Positions 41,178 to 51,314 of a stretch of DNA of 64,000 nucleotides are shown piece after piece. The translations under genes and the position numbers were made by a program. The first letter of the stretch is position 1. Each line of letters opens with the position of its first letter. The stretch lies in the IMG/VR virus record IMGVR_UViG_3300009103_000001, positions 1-64,000 of that record; one strand, 5' to 3'. The notes beneath the pieces are model-generated. The model had not been told where the DNA came from and did not search any database. It worked only from the letters and a program-made list of their open reading frames with translations.

Positions 41178-41485
41178 GAAAAATTATAAGAGAAGAAGTG
41201 GATAAATTGGGTTGGATTAAAGACCAAGACCCATTATTTGTGGGTTCTTGTATAACAAAACATTTGCATAAATTACATCCAGAAACACATGGCCCAAATA
41301 GTGAAATATATAAAGAATTTGGACCAACAGATTTAGATTATATAATTGTTGGTGAGAGGGATAATGAAATAATTATTAGACCCAAACCTTTTGACCCAAA
41401 CGATGAAAGACTTTATCTTAGTATCAATAAAAAAGAATTAAGCAATAACATCATTAATAAAAAAATAAGTTTTTGTGAATATTAG
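41168..41485 (+). CDS. Leader-family protein
   Basis: MDLRKIIREEVDKLGWIKD. Confidence 0.78.
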   Translation: MDLRKIIREEVDKLGWIKDQDPLFVGSCITKHLHKLHPETHGPNSEIYKEFGPTDLDYIIVGERDNEIIIRPKPFDPNDERLYLSINKKELSNNIINKKISFCEY

Positions 41486-42167
41486 AAAAATCATACGAGA
41501 AGAACTAGATAATATTAAATGGGTTCAAGACCATGGAGATTATTCAGATGCTTTTATTATAAAACCATACCAGCAATCTGCTTTTGGTGGGGATTTATAT
41601 GTAGTATTAGGTTACAATGATAAAGGAATTAGACTTATGAAAGCTGGTGGAATAAGGAGAAATATATATAACCAACCATATGCTCATTTTATTTTTAATA
41701 CCAAAAATGAAGGTGTTGTAATTATAAGAGATTTTCAATGGGAACAATATAGAAAACTTAATGAAGAAGAAAAGGAATTGGTAAATGATGCCATAAAAAG
41801 TAACAAACATCAAGATTATCTTAATATATTAACAAGTGACACAAATTTATATGAGTCAGAAGACCCATTAAAATGGATAAAAGATGTTAAAACAAATGAT
41901 GATATTGCACAAGAGATTTATGATGAGTTGGAATGGGATGCTCTTCACAAGAGACCTCATATCGTTAGAAATCAATGGAATGACATACCTTTCTCAGTTA
42001 GACCATCTCAAAAAAAAGAATCAGCAATTATAATTCCTAGTGTTTTTTATAAAGGGTATAGAGATTATATGAGGAAAAAATGGGGAATTTATGACCCAGA
42101 TATTCAAAAAGAAATTTATTTTAAAATAAGATATTTAATGTATCAAAAAGTAAAAACATATAATTAG
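41475..42167 (+). CDS. Leader-family protein, 2 modules
   Basis: MNIRKIIREELDNIKW; LYESEDPLKWIKD. Confidence 0.78.
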   Translation: MNIRKIIREELDNIKWVQDHGDYSDAFIIKPYQQSAFGGDLYVVLGYNDKGIRLMKAGGIRRNIYNQPYAHFIFNTKNEGVVIIRDFQWEQYRKLNEEEKELVNDAIKSNKHQDYLNILTSDTNLYESEDPLKWIKDVKTNDDIAQEIYDELEWDALHKRPHIVRNQWNDIPFSVRPSQKKESAIIIPSVFYKGYRDYMRKKWGIYDPDIQKEIYFKIRYLMYQKVKTYN

Positions 42168-42172
42168 ATATT

Positions 42173-42988
42173 ATGGATATAAAAAGAATCATAAAAGAAG
42201 AAATTGATGACTTTAATTGGATTAAAGAATCTGACCCCATAGAACAATTAGATAATCATTATGGTAATATATTTAATCATCTCCCAAGACAAGAAAATAT
42301 TCCTGAAACAGATTATTATAAAGATGCTATTACACTACATGAACTTTTAAATCAATTAGAAGGGGATTATGATGATTTGTTTAGTTCAACTCTAGCAGAT
42401 ATATGTACATGGGGATTACCAATTCCAAGTCATGAAAAATATAGTTCAGTACCAATAATAAAAAAAATACTTTGTCATGATGATTTTAAGAAACCTGAAA
42501 TTAAAAAGTTATTAAAGGGATATTATAAAAAAAGAATAAAACAACTTAAAAAGTTGTTAGGACAACCATCAAGTACATGGGAAACTATTAAAAGATATAA
42601 TCCTTTTTATTCAAGGATATCTGACGCAATTAGAACCACCAATCAAAATGTAAATGAATCCGATGATTTTGGTTGGGTTGATAACTCTATTGAGGTAGGT
42701 AAATGTTTCATGGTAAACTATCCCATTCCATCGTACTATACTATGGAGGATATTAATCTATTGTTTCAGATGATTAAAATAATTGACATAAAACAAGGTA
42801 AAGAACTTAAGGGTGTTGGTGGAAGAAAATTAATGGATATTCCAAAAGATTCATTTAATGAAAGAGCAGTTAAAATAAAATTCGCTAAAATGAATTATGG
42901 TTCTTGGAGAGATGACTTTGAAATATATTACCCTGAAGTTCAAGACTGGATTGATTGGGGATGGTTAACACCTGTAGAATGTGAATAA
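42173..42988 (+). CDS. Leader-family protein, 2 modules
   Basis: MDIKRIIKEEIDDFNWIKE; VNESDDFGW. Confidence 0.78.
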   Translation: MDIKRIIKEEIDDFNWIKESDPIEQLDNHYGNIFNHLPRQENIPETDYYKDAITLHELLNQLEGDYDDLFSSTLADICTWGLPIPSHEKYSSVPIIKKILCHDDFKKPEIKKLLKGYYKKRIKQLKKLLGQPSSTWETIKRYNPFYSRISDAIRTTNQNVNESDDFGWVDNSIEVGKCFMVNYPIPSYYTMEDINLLFQMIKIIDIKQGKELKGVGGRKLMDIPKDSFNERAVKIKFAKMNYGSWRDDFEIYYPEVQDWIDWGWLTPVECE

Positions 42989-44039
42989 AAACAAGATGTC
43001 AAAGAACTTAAGAAATATAATAAGGGAAGAAATCAAGGATATACAATGGATTAAAGATACTAATCCACTTAAAGAGGGATATTACTATATTGATGCTGAT
43101 GGTTTATCTCGTGAAGAAAGATTAGATTTACAACAAAAAATATTAGACTTAGGTTTTCGTTGGGATGAACGTTACAATATTCCCCATTATACAAGTGATA
43201 ACCTCAACCATATAGCTTTAAATACATTACGAGGTTATGTTTTAAATGGTGTAGACAATAGAATAACCTATACTGTATTGGCTTATCCTCAGTACGCTAA
43301 AAATTGGTTAACGTATTTATCATATAATAATTTTATTAAATTATATAACCAAAATATTAATGAGAATGATGGTAAGGAATGGATAAAAGATGATTTCGAT
43401 TGGGCTGAAAATCCCATAGAAGTGGGCAATTGTTTTACCCTTAAATTCATAACTCACGGTAACCCTATTTTTGTTATAGATAGAATAGAAGAAGATGGTA
43501 GTGATTTAGATTTGTTTGAGGAACGTGTTGTTGTATATTTTAAAATGATAAATTCTTTCACATCCCTAGGTGGGACACAACAGGTCAACAACTATATGGA
43601 TTACACAGGTCCTGCAAGGATTGAACCATTTGAAGCCTCATTTAAACGAGTTGGTGAATTGATTGATAGGGGTATTTTAATACCTGTAGATTGTGGGAAT
43701 AATCTTAATGAATCAAGTGAGTTGGAATGGATTAAAGATGTTAAAATAAGATTGGGAGATGCATGGAAGGCTGGTTTAATTAATGATGGAGATATTTTAA
43801 CTTTATCTGGAGAACTTGCGGATAGTGACGATTTAAGAAGGATAATGGTAACCGATTTTAGAATAAAAATAATTGAAGTTAAAAACAAATTTACTGACTC
43901 TTACTTCGTACCATTAGATGAAAAATACTATGAATATATTGGATACGATAATGAAGAAGTGAGGTTTTATATAACTGATAAAAAATTAGAAATTGTTGAC
44001 CATATCAAAGTACATGATAATTTAAACATTTATGAATAA
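42981..44039 (+). CDS. Leader-family protein, 3 modules
   Basis: MSKNLRNIIREEIKDIQWIKD; INENDGKEWIKD; LNESSELEWIKD. Confidence 0.78.
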   Translation: MNKNKMSKNLRNIIREEIKDIQWIKDTNPLKEGYYYIDADGLSREERLDLQQKILDLGFRWDERYNIPHYTSDNLNHIALNTLRGYVLNGVDNRITYTVLAYPQYAKNWLTYLSYNNFIKLYNQNINENDGKEWIKDDFDWAENPIEVGNCFTLKFITHGNPIFVIDRIEEDGSDLDLFEERVVVYFKMINSFTSLGGTQQVNNYMDYTGPARIEPFEASFKRVGELIDRGILIPVDCGNNLNESSELEWIKDVKIRLGDAWKAGLINDGDILTLSGELADSDDLRRIMVTDFRIKIIEVKNKFTDSYFVPLDEKYYEYIGYDNEEVRFYITDKKLEIVDHIKVHDNLNIYE

Positions 44040-44057
44040 TATTTATAGATAATTAAC

Positions 44058-45806
44058 ATGGATATTAAAAGAATCATAAAGGAAGAAATTAATGACTTCG
44101 ATTGGGCTGAAAACTTAATTAAGGTGGGTAATTGTTTTGCTATAAGGGACCGAAGGGGTGGTGAAATGTCTCTTAAAATAACTAAAATAATGATACATCC
44201 GGCTAAATCCTACCGTAATGAAGACCCCAATATAAAAGATAACTTCAAACATGATGATGTTATTGTAGTATTCAGTGGAAGCAAATCATCATTAGATTGG
44301 TTATCCTATACAGAAGTTGAAAGTTGGCTTAATAGAGGTGTTTTAATCCCTATTGATTGCGAACAACCAAATGATAAAGAATTTTCAATTATTGATGAAA
44401 ATGATGAGATGGAATGGATTAAAGAAAATCCAATAGAGGTGGGAAAATGTTTCTTAGTAAAAAGCTCAATAATTTTTGGTTGGAATGAGCGTAATGACTT
44501 TACAGTTAAAATAATTGATATAGAACAAGATGAAGGTAAATGGGTAGATATTCCAAAAGGTTCCTTTAATGAAGACACCATTAAAATAAAGTTCAATAAT
44601 TACCTTGAGTTATATTATTCTGATTTTCAAGAATGGCTTAATAATGGATGGTTGATACCCACTGATTGTGGAAATAGTATTAATGAATCTGATGACCTAC
44701 AATGGATTAAAGATATAAAACCATCCTTTTATACACTTGTAATAGATTTAGGGGAGAAGATATCTAGAGCTAAATATAGAAAAGTAATGTTGAAATTAGA
44801 TTCAATGGGTTATAAATGGTATCAATTAGCTATGAATGTGAGAGATAAATTATTAGTTAATAGATTTGGTCCAAAACCAATTATACATTTTTACCCTGGA
44901 TTTAGATATCTAATATTAGGCCCAACAGGAGAAATCCCAGAAAAAGAGATAAGTCATACCAACCTTATAAGAAAATATCCATCATTAGATGTAATCCCCG
45001 TTAATGATTTTCTTAGTCAACCCATAAATGAATCCAATGACCTACAATGGATAAAGGATGTAGAAACATCAAAGTTTAGACCAGAGGTGGGTGATTACAT
45101 AGAAGTAAGGAATAAAGGTAGTGAAGAAGCTTATCGTAATTGGTTGGGTTCAGATTTAAGTGAAGCTTATGATGATGGTATCTATGGTTATAACATACAA
45201 GGTGAAGTTATACCCGAAATTCAAAAAGCGATGAGAGGTAAAGGGTTTAATATAATAGAACATAATACGGATGATGTTATTTTTTTTCCTTATCATGAAT
45301 ATATGTTAGAATATGCTGATATCCATGTTGAATTTAAAGATTTAGATTTAGAATATTACCCCATTTCTTACTCTTCTAAGGATATTAATGAATCAGAAGA
45401 AATGGATGACTTTGGTTGGATTAAAGATTCTCAACCAATATCATACGATTTTCTTTTGGGTAAATCTTTATATTTTAACCCATCCATTAGTGACGCTGAA
45501 ACCAATGAATCAATAATGAAATTATTGGAAAGTATAGGTTTTAAACGCTGGGACAGGAACCCAAATACTAACGAAATAGATGATTGGGGTGGTCTATTTA
45601 AGGAAGAAGAAATTATTGGCTTATATTTTAGACCAAGTGATGGACAGGTAATGTTTACAACAGACGATGACTTAGACCCCCACCATGGTAGTGACTTTGA
45701 TGAATATGATTATGAAGAACATCTTCATGGCGCAGTGGAGGACATCAGTTGGATTGAGATTCTTGATGGTTGGCAAGTATTGGGACATTATTTAGGTACT
45801 GTATAA
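44058..45806 (+). CDS. Leader-family protein, 5 modules
   Basis: MDIKRIIKEEINDFDW; IDENDEMEW; INESDDLQW; INESNDLQW; INESEEMDDFGW. Confidence 0.8.
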   Translation: MDIKRIIKEEINDFDWAENLIKVGNCFAIRDRRGGEMSLKITKIMIHPAKSYRNEDPNIKDNFKHDDVIVVFSGSKSSLDWLSYTEVESWLNRGVLIPIDCEQPNDKEFSIIDENDEMEWIKENPIEVGKCFLVKSSIIFGWNERNDFTVKIIDIEQDEGKWVDIPKGSFNEDTIKIKFNNYLELYYSDFQEWLNNGWLIPTDCGNSINESDDLQWIKDIKPSFYTLVIDLGEKISRAKYRKVMLKLDSMGYKWYQLAMNVRDKLLVNRFGPKPIIHFYPGFRYLILGPTGEIPEKEISHTNLIRKYPSLDVIPVNDFLSQPINESNDLQWIKDVETSKFRPEVGDYIEVRNKGSEEAYRNWLGSDLSEAYDDGIYGYNIQGEVIPEIQKAMRGKGFNIIEHNTDDVIFFPYHEYMLEYADIHVEFKDLDLEYYPISYSSKDINESEEMDDFGWIKDSQPISYDFLLGKSLYFNPSISDAETNESIMKLLESIGFKRWDRNPNTNEIDDWGGLFKEEEIIGLYFRPSDGQVMFTTDDDLDPHHGSDFDEYDYEEHLHGAVEDISWIEILDGWQVLGHYLGTV

Positions 45807-45812
45807 ATCAGT

Positions 45813-45995
45813 TTAATCCCACATTCTGTAGGTTTTTGGAATCATATCTACCATAGTCATAATAGATTTTCTACTATGAGTAGATTCTAACTCATCATTA
45901 TTCTCTGTTATGATATTATGTTCTTTTAAGAAGAAGTACTGTCTATCAGATACTATAAAAACATCATTTTCTTTGGGTAGGTTAATTACTCTCAT
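45813..45995 (-). CDS. Small hypothetical protein
   Basis: Likely start MRVINL at junction-like AAAGATGAG (track 46037). Confidence 0.5.
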   Translation of the reverse strand: MRVINLPKENDVFIVSDRQYFFLKEHNIITENNDELESTHSRKSIMTMVDMIPKTYRMWD

Positions 45996-46167
45996 CTTTA
46001 TTAACTTCTTTAATCTCAAATACTTTACAATCTTCAATATTACAACACTCTAACATTTCTTCTTTCCATTTTAACATTTTATTTATGTTAGTTGAAATGT
46101 TGTACCCTACGGTAAAGTCATCATTTCTTTCACCATGAATCAACCCTATATATTGTTTCTTACTCAT
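45982..46167 (-). CDS. Small cassette-type protein
   Basis: MSKKQY... starts in a copy of the junction repeat at 46163-46184. Confidence 0.6.
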   Translation of the reverse strand: MSKKQYIGLIHGERNDDFTVGYNISTNINKMLKWKEEMLECCNIEDCKVFEIKEVNKDESN

Positions 46168-46180
46168 CTTTGTTTTGGTT

Positions 46181-46396
46181 TTAATCTCTAAATGTTGGTC
46201 CAGCAAATCCTGGTATATACATAACTCTCATTGTAGTTGTTTCTGCTTGTTCTTGAGTCATTCCTTTGTCAAGATATTTCTGTATTAGCTCTTCTTTCAT
46301 TTTTATACACTGTTTCGTCATTTCTCTATCTTCATCTGTAATACTCTCAACATATCTTTTGAAAAGTCCTTTCTTGGGTTTGAATTCTTTACTCAT
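46181..46396 (-). CDS. Small hypothetical protein
   Basis: ORF track; its stop is the TAA of the junction repeat. Confidence 0.6.
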   Translation of the reverse strand: MSKEFKPKKGLFKRYVESITDEDREMTKQCIKMKEELIQKYLDKGMTQEQAETTTMRVMYIPGFAGPTFRD

Positions 46397-46839
46397 CCTT
46401 TAATAAGTTTGGCAATCAATTTTGATTTTTCAATAGTACTCATATCATCGTTCTCCAATAATTTCAATGTCTTATACACTTTAAATTCATTTTCATCAAA
46501 TTCATTAATACCATTCTCTTCCATCCATTGTATTTTGAGTTTAACATCACCAAGCTCCAACTCCAATCTTTCTTTCTCTTCCGTTAAATCTTCTTTATTG
46601 GTGGCATTACAGAAACCAACCAATTCATGTGCATATACCCAACCAACACTTCTAGAATCAACACAAGACAATATATAATAAGCTTCATATTGTTGATGCT
46701 TGTAATCAACTTTCACACATGGCTCTCCCAAATACACTTCTTTACTCAAGTCACAAGAAGCACCATAAATAAACCCATGAGAACTCTGAGGCATTCCACA
46801 AGGCGCCACCTGCAATTTATAAGTTTTTGTTTTTCCCAT
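46393..46839 (-). CDS. Hypothetical protein
   Basis: Likely start MGKTKT (track 46893). Confidence 0.6.
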   Translation of the reverse strand: MGKTKTYKLQVAPCGMPQSSHGFIYGASCDLSKEVYLGEPCVKVDYKHQQYEAYYILSCVDSRSVGWVYAHELVGFCNATNKEDLTEEKERLELELGDVKLKIQWMEENGINEFDENEFKVYKTLKLLENDDMSTIEKSKLIAKLIKG

Positions 46840-46910
46840 TTTAATTTTTAATATTAGATTTTTAATTTTTTTCACTAAAACAACAATAATCATTATCTAC
46901 AAAAACGTCA

Positions 46911-46951
46911 AATAAAAAAAAGGGGGGTAGGGGGGATTTTTCTTAAGCCGC
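46911..46951 (-). repeat. About 40 bp G/C-run element, copy 1
   Basis: Reverse complement of 55302-55341 apart from homopolymer lengths. Confidence 0.75.
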
Positions 46952-47038
46952 AATTTTTTTACTAATCCACATATAAATTTAACCCTATTATGAATACTCA
47001 TAACAGGGGCTTTTCTTACAAGAACGATATTTATGATT

Positions 47039-47359
47039 ATGAAACTAAAAAGAATAATAAAAGAATCCATATTAGATAACTGGTTTAGAAAGAATACACT
47101 TAAAACCCTTATAAACAGAAGTGCTTATTCTTATAATATGCATGATGTTATAATTAAAAAAGGTGATGATATAATTATATGGTTAAAACCATTTCCCAAA
47201 AGCAGTTATAGTGAAGAAGACCAACAATATGTATTAAACACAGAAAATGAAACTTTATCAGTATATGGAAGAGGATTAAATAATGAACCTGATTCAATAT
47301 ATAATTTATCAGAAAAAGAATACCATGATATATTCAATAAAATATATCATTTAATATGA
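47039..47359 (+). CDS. Leader-family protein
   Basis: MKLKRIIKES after GATATTTATG. Confidence 0.75.
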   Translation: MKLKRIIKESILDNWFRKNTLKTLINRSAYSYNMHDVIIKKGDDIIIWLKPFPKSSYSEEDQQYVLNTENETLSVYGRGLNNEPDSIYNLSEKEYHDIFNKIYHLI

Positions 47360-47805
47360 ATATAAGAAGAATCATAAGGGAAGAAATGGATAACCATATA
47401 ACCAAAGTTATATTAGATACCATTAATGAATATGATATGGACCCTTATGATATTAATAATGATTTATGTGAAGATTTCACAATGGATGTAATTAATAAAA
47501 TGGGAGGATATAACGATAATTTATATGAATTATCTGATGATATGATTTCTAATTTTAGAGACCCAAAATATGCGTTAGATTACTGGGATGGAGAATTAAT
47601 AGAAACACCTTATGGCGTATGGAGCAAAAATGGGTTAGATAGATATGGATACCCTCCCATTCCTTTAAAAGATATTAAAGAAGAATTTAATCATGTATGG
47701 ATATATTACAATGGAAAACATTATGATGCAGAAGAACCTTATGGAGTTAATAACTGGACCGAATTGCCAATGATTAAAAGACAATTAAACTTATATAATA
47801 TATGA
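47356..47805 (+). CDS. Leader-family protein with papain/transglutaminase-like Cys-His-Asp motif
   Basis: INNDLCEDF...HVWIYYNGKHYDAE; paralog of 56979. Confidence 0.7.
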   Translation: MNIRRIIREEMDNHITKVILDTINEYDMDPYDINNDLCEDFTMDVINKMGGYNDNLYELSDDMISNFRDPKYALDYWDGELIETPYGVWSKNGLDRYGYPPIPLKDIKEEFNHVWIYYNGKHYDAEEPYGVNNWTELPMIKRQLNLYNI

Positions 47806-48806
47806 AATCAACAATAAGAAGAATCATAAGGGAAGAAATGGATGGTCTGGAATGGATTAAAAATGTTCAATCCAATCAGGACATTGCACAAGAGATTGCT
47901 GATGAAACAGAGGTAGATGATAATAAAAGAAAAATATATTTTCCCTTTTCCACCCCTTTCCCTCACTCTCTTTCTTTTTCTCTTCCTTTCTTTTCTTCAC
48001 ATTGTAAAAAAGTATATGGATTAAATGATGATGATATAAAAGATATATGGAAAAGATATAAGAAGATGGTTATGGATAAAATAAATGACCATAATAATCT
48101 TAATGAGAATGATGAATTAAAATGGATAAAAGATGTTCAATCCAATCAGGACATTGCACAGAAAATTGCTGATGAAACAATTATTGACTATGACTATAAA
48201 ATATATGCACCCTCCTTACCCAAATACCCTTTTCCACCTTTCCCACCAAATAAACCAATACGTTCCTTTCATGCTTATTGTGAAGAACAATATGGATTAA
48301 ATGATGATGATATAAAAGATGTATGGAATAGATATAAGAAACTTATTACAGATAAAATTAATGACTATAGGGAAAATTTATTCTCCACTAATGCTTTTAA
48401 TGAATCACCCAATATTAATGAATCCAATGACCTACAATGGATTAAGGATATTAGGTCAATTAAAATAGATGATTGTTTAAAGGTTAGTGGAAACTACACC
48501 TTTTCAAAGGATGATGAAGGAGAAATAACACATTGGCTACATCGTCCATGGACATATATTGTAAAAGATATTAAAAATAACAATTTAGGGGATTATTTAC
48601 TTTTAGAAATTATTTATACTGATTTACCAACTAACCGGAGAAGTACATATTTAATTACAAAATCATTAAAAGAAGTTATAGATGCTATAGAAAGAGGTTA
48701 TTTAAAATTTTGTGATAACCCTAAAAAACGAGATGAGTTTCAAGATGAAATAAATAGTGATTTATATCCTGGTAATATGGGAGATGAAATGTCTGCACCT
48801 AGATAA
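47802..48806 (+). CDS. Leader-family protein, 3 modules (first two duplicated)
   Basis: VQSNQDIAQ.IADET...YGLNDDDIKD.W.RYKK twice. Confidence 0.8.
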   Translation: MKSTIRRIIREEMDGLEWIKNVQSNQDIAQEIADETEVDDNKRKIYFPFSTPFPHSLSFSLPFFSSHCKKVYGLNDDDIKDIWKRYKKMVMDKINDHNNLNENDELKWIKDVQSNQDIAQKIADETIIDYDYKIYAPSLPKYPFPPFPPNKPIRSFHAYCEEQYGLNDDDIKDVWNRYKKLITDKINDYRENLFSTNAFNESPNINESNDLQWIKDIRSIKIDDCLKVSGNYTFSKDDEGEITHWLHRPWTYIVKDIKNNNLGDYLLLEIIYTDLPTNRRSTYLITKSLKEVIDAIERGYLKFCDNPKKRDEFQDEINSDLYPGNMGDEMSAPR

Positions 48807-48815
48807 TATAAAAAA

Positions 48816-49190
48816 ATGAATATAAGAAGAATCATAAGGGAAGAAATAAATGACTTTGATTGGGCTGAAAATCATATAGAGGTTGGGAAATGTTTCAAAA
48901 AACTTTCCAGCAACTACAGAAAAGAAGGGGGTTGGTTAATCGATGAACCTAATGAAAACTATACAGTTAAAATAATTGATATAAAACAAGGTAAAGAACT
49001 TCACAATAAAGGCAAATGGATAGATATCCCTAAAGGTTCATTTGATGAAAGAGCAGTTATAATAAAGTTCGCCAGACCTGAGATGAAGAGAACTGGATAT
49101 ACAAATTGGACAGGTGATATTGAGTTATATTACTCTAATGTTCAAGAATGGCTTAATGATGGGTGGTTAGTGCCTACAGAATGTGAATAA
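48816..49190 (+). CDS. Leader-family protein
   Basis: MNIRRIIREEINDFDWAEN; IEVGKCF module. Confidence 0.78.
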   Translation: MNIRRIIREEINDFDWAENHIEVGKCFKKLSSNYRKEGGWLIDEPNENYTVKIIDIKQGKELHNKGKWIDIPKGSFDERAVIIKFARPEMKRTGYTNWTGDIELYYSNVQEWLNDGWLVPTECE

Positions 49191-49770
49191 AAACAAGATG
49201 TCAAAGAACTTAAGAAATATAGTTAAAAGAATACTGAAAGAATCAGAATTAGATTGGTTCTCAGATATGAATATCGATAAGATAAAAGTGGGTGCTAAAT
49301 TTAACGTCAATGGCTCCTTTACAGGAACTTTTATAATTAATGAGATACTTTGGAATGAGAAGTTTCCTATGCATACTGAGGTTAACTATGAAGGTATTGA
49401 TTATAGTGGTTCCAAATTTAAGAATAGTGTTAGAATTAAAGATTTTTTAAGATGGTTAGACAATGGAATAATAGTACCCATAGAAAGAACACTAAAAGAA
49501 GCAGAATTCGATTGGTTCTCAGATATGAATATAGATAAGATAAAAGTTGGTGCTAAATTTAAATCTGTTAAACATTTGGATTTCCAAACAGGGGATGCAG
49601 GAACTTTTATAATTGATGAGATACTTTGGAATGAGAGGTCTCTTATGCATAGTGCAGTTAAGTATAGTGGTGTTGATTATAGAGGTTTCAAGTTTTTAGA
49701 TTGGGTCATAGTTAAAGATTTTTTAAGATGGTTGGATGATGGAACAATAGTACCTATAGAAGATAAATAG
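49183..49770 (+). CDS. Leader-family protein, 2 duplicated modules
   Basis: LKE(S/A)E.DWFSDMNIDKIKVGAKF twice. Confidence 0.78.
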   Translation: MNKNKMSKNLRNIVKRILKESELDWFSDMNIDKIKVGAKFNVNGSFTGTFIINEILWNEKFPMHTEVNYEGIDYSGSKFKNSVRIKDFLRWLDNGIIVPIERTLKEAEFDWFSDMNIDKIKVGAKFKSVKHLDFQTGDAGTFIIDEILWNERSLMHSAVKYSGVDYRGFKFLDWVIVKDFLRWLDDGTIVPIEDK

Positions 49771-50039
49771 AGACGTTCTACGGTCTTTAAATCAATTAAA
49801 TAATCCCCACTATCATTAGAACATTAAATGTCCTTAAAACCCAGGATTTACAAAACACTACTTTTTATATTATGTGGAAATCGTACATATGGGTAGTAAA
49901 CAAAACCATCGATTAAATGGAGTATTGTGGGATAAAGTGGTAAATTGTGTCCTTTTTACACCTCTTTCACACTGTGGGACCCGACCTTCCCTTAAATTGT
50001 TTGCAAAAATCTGGGGATTTTAGACAAAAAATCAAGGTC

Positions 50040-50109
50040 TGACAAAATGTCATGGTCGATTTCACCAGTACAAAAACCATACCAAAACTATGGGTATGAC
50101 ATAATGTCA
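50040..50109. promoter_or_regulatory. Two TGACA-N3-TGTCA palindromes flanking a conserved spacer
   Basis: TGACAAAATGTCA 50040-50052, TGACATAATGTCA 50097-50109. Confidence 0.6.
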
Positions 50110-50121
50110 TTCAAGTTGGAC

Positions 50122-50358
50122 TTAACTCAATAAACGAGAGTGTATATGTGGTTGTGCAGATAAACCATTCTCTTCAATCTGCCTCCAAAACTCTGGTTCC
50201 CAAATATTCAAAGGCACATTTCGATAAAATTCATGCCATTGGTTCCACAAATGAAATACAGCATTCATGTAATCCATTTCTCTCATTAATTCTCCATTTG
50301 GTGTTACAATTGTATCTTCAATGAAGCAATGTCTATTTATTTCCTTTTTTATTTTCAT
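50122..50358 (-). CDS. Small hypothetical protein
   Basis: ORF track; ATGA overlap. Confidence 0.55.
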   Translation of the reverse strand: MKIKKEINRHCFIEDTIVTPNGELMREMDYMNAVFHLWNQWHEFYRNVPLNIWEPEFWRQIEENGLSAQPHIHSRLLS

Positions 50359-50525
50359 CTTTTAACAATGATTGTATTACCAAACCTATTAGCATGGACC
50401 CACCACTTAATATACTCATCCTTTATAACTGCTGGAGTGTGATGTCTTGTAAGAGTAACCACAAAATAGCCTTCCATTACATTTTTTTTAAAGTTATGTT
50501 TCTTATTTTTCTTTATTATTTTCAT
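50355..50525 (-). CDS. Small protein (56 aa, not in track) sharing its first 21 codons with 55361-55513
   Basis: MKIIKKNKKHNFKKNVMEGYF; ATGA overlaps at both ends. Confidence 0.6.
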   Translation of the reverse strand: MKIIKKNKKHNFKKNVMEGYFVVTLTRHHTPAVIKDEYIKWWVHANRFGNTIIVKR

Positions 50526-50782
50526 AGTATATGATTTTTAATATGTCTCTTTGGCAATAGTTCACGCCCACATTTAAACATACAATAAAATATCATATCA
50601 TCACAACTATCAAAATCTTTATTTAATACTCTTTTTTTATCTTCCTTATTTAATGAGTCATATTCTTTAAGTAAGGAAAAAGTTTTTAAAACTGAGTATC
50701 GTGCATTCCACATTTGAGCTGGTTGGGATGAATAGAATCTAGCGTAGTCACGTGCTAATACTATGTAGTTAGTGCCTTTCAT
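50522..50782 (-). CDS. Small hypothetical protein
   Basis: ORF track. Confidence 0.55.
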   Translation of the reverse strand: MKGTNYIVLARDYARFYSSQPAQMWNARYSVLKTFSLLKEYDSLNKEDKKRVLNKDFDSCDDMIFYCMFKCGRELLPKRHIKNHIL

Positions 50783-50785
50783 GTT

Positions 50786-51118
50786 TTACATCATCCAGTT
50801 AAGTGGTGTTATCTTCTTCCTTACAAACGTGTCTACTTTAACCACGGCTGATGGTGATATAGCATTCCTATGGCCAGTACGAGTAGAATCCAACTCAGGA
50901 CCAGTAATCCATAATCTATCATCTGACCAAGGGTGACCATATTTAACAAAAGGCGAATCCACAAACTCAGTTACCGTGAAAACCTTATCCCTTGCTGGTC
51001 TTGTCATAGTTCTTGTTCCACCACCTTTAACTATTTGTATTTCATAGTTCGTTTCGGGGCGTTTATAATGTACTGTGTCCCCAATCTTTATTTCCGTTCC
51101 GTTCTTATCTTTTACCAT
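50786..51118 (-). CDS. Hypothetical protein
   Basis: MVKDKNGTEIKIGDTV start. Confidence 0.6.
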   Translation of the reverse strand: MVKDKNGTEIKIGDTVHYKRPETNYEIQIVKGGGTRTMTRPARDKVFTVTEFVDSPFVKYGHPWSDDRLWITGPELDSTRTGHRNAISPSAVVKVDTFVRKKITPLNWMM

Positions 51119-51124
51119 CTTATT

Positions 51125-51295
51125 TTATTTTAGCCATACACCATATATAGGAATTTCACTAAGTCTTCCCTTTCTGTATGGGCTTTCAGACTTAACAACG
51201 CAAAGCAATTCTCTTCTTGCTACGTTGTCTTCAGTGTTTATTACCTCACTGTTATACTTTGGATTTCTGCTATTTAGTTTTCTTTTCTTTGCCAT
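51125..51295 (-). CDS. Small basic protein (56 aa, not in track)
   Basis: MAKKRKLNSRNPKY... Confidence 0.6.
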   Translation of the reverse strand: MAKKRKLNSRNPKYNSEVINTEDNVARRELLCVVKSESPYRKGRLSEIPIYGVWLK

Positions 51296-51314
51296 TGTAA
51301 TTAATGTTAAAGGG

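Noticed and set aside
47939-48000. Calling a DGR as a feature
   Set aside because: No reverse transcriptase or adenine-only-differing template repeat is visible in the window.
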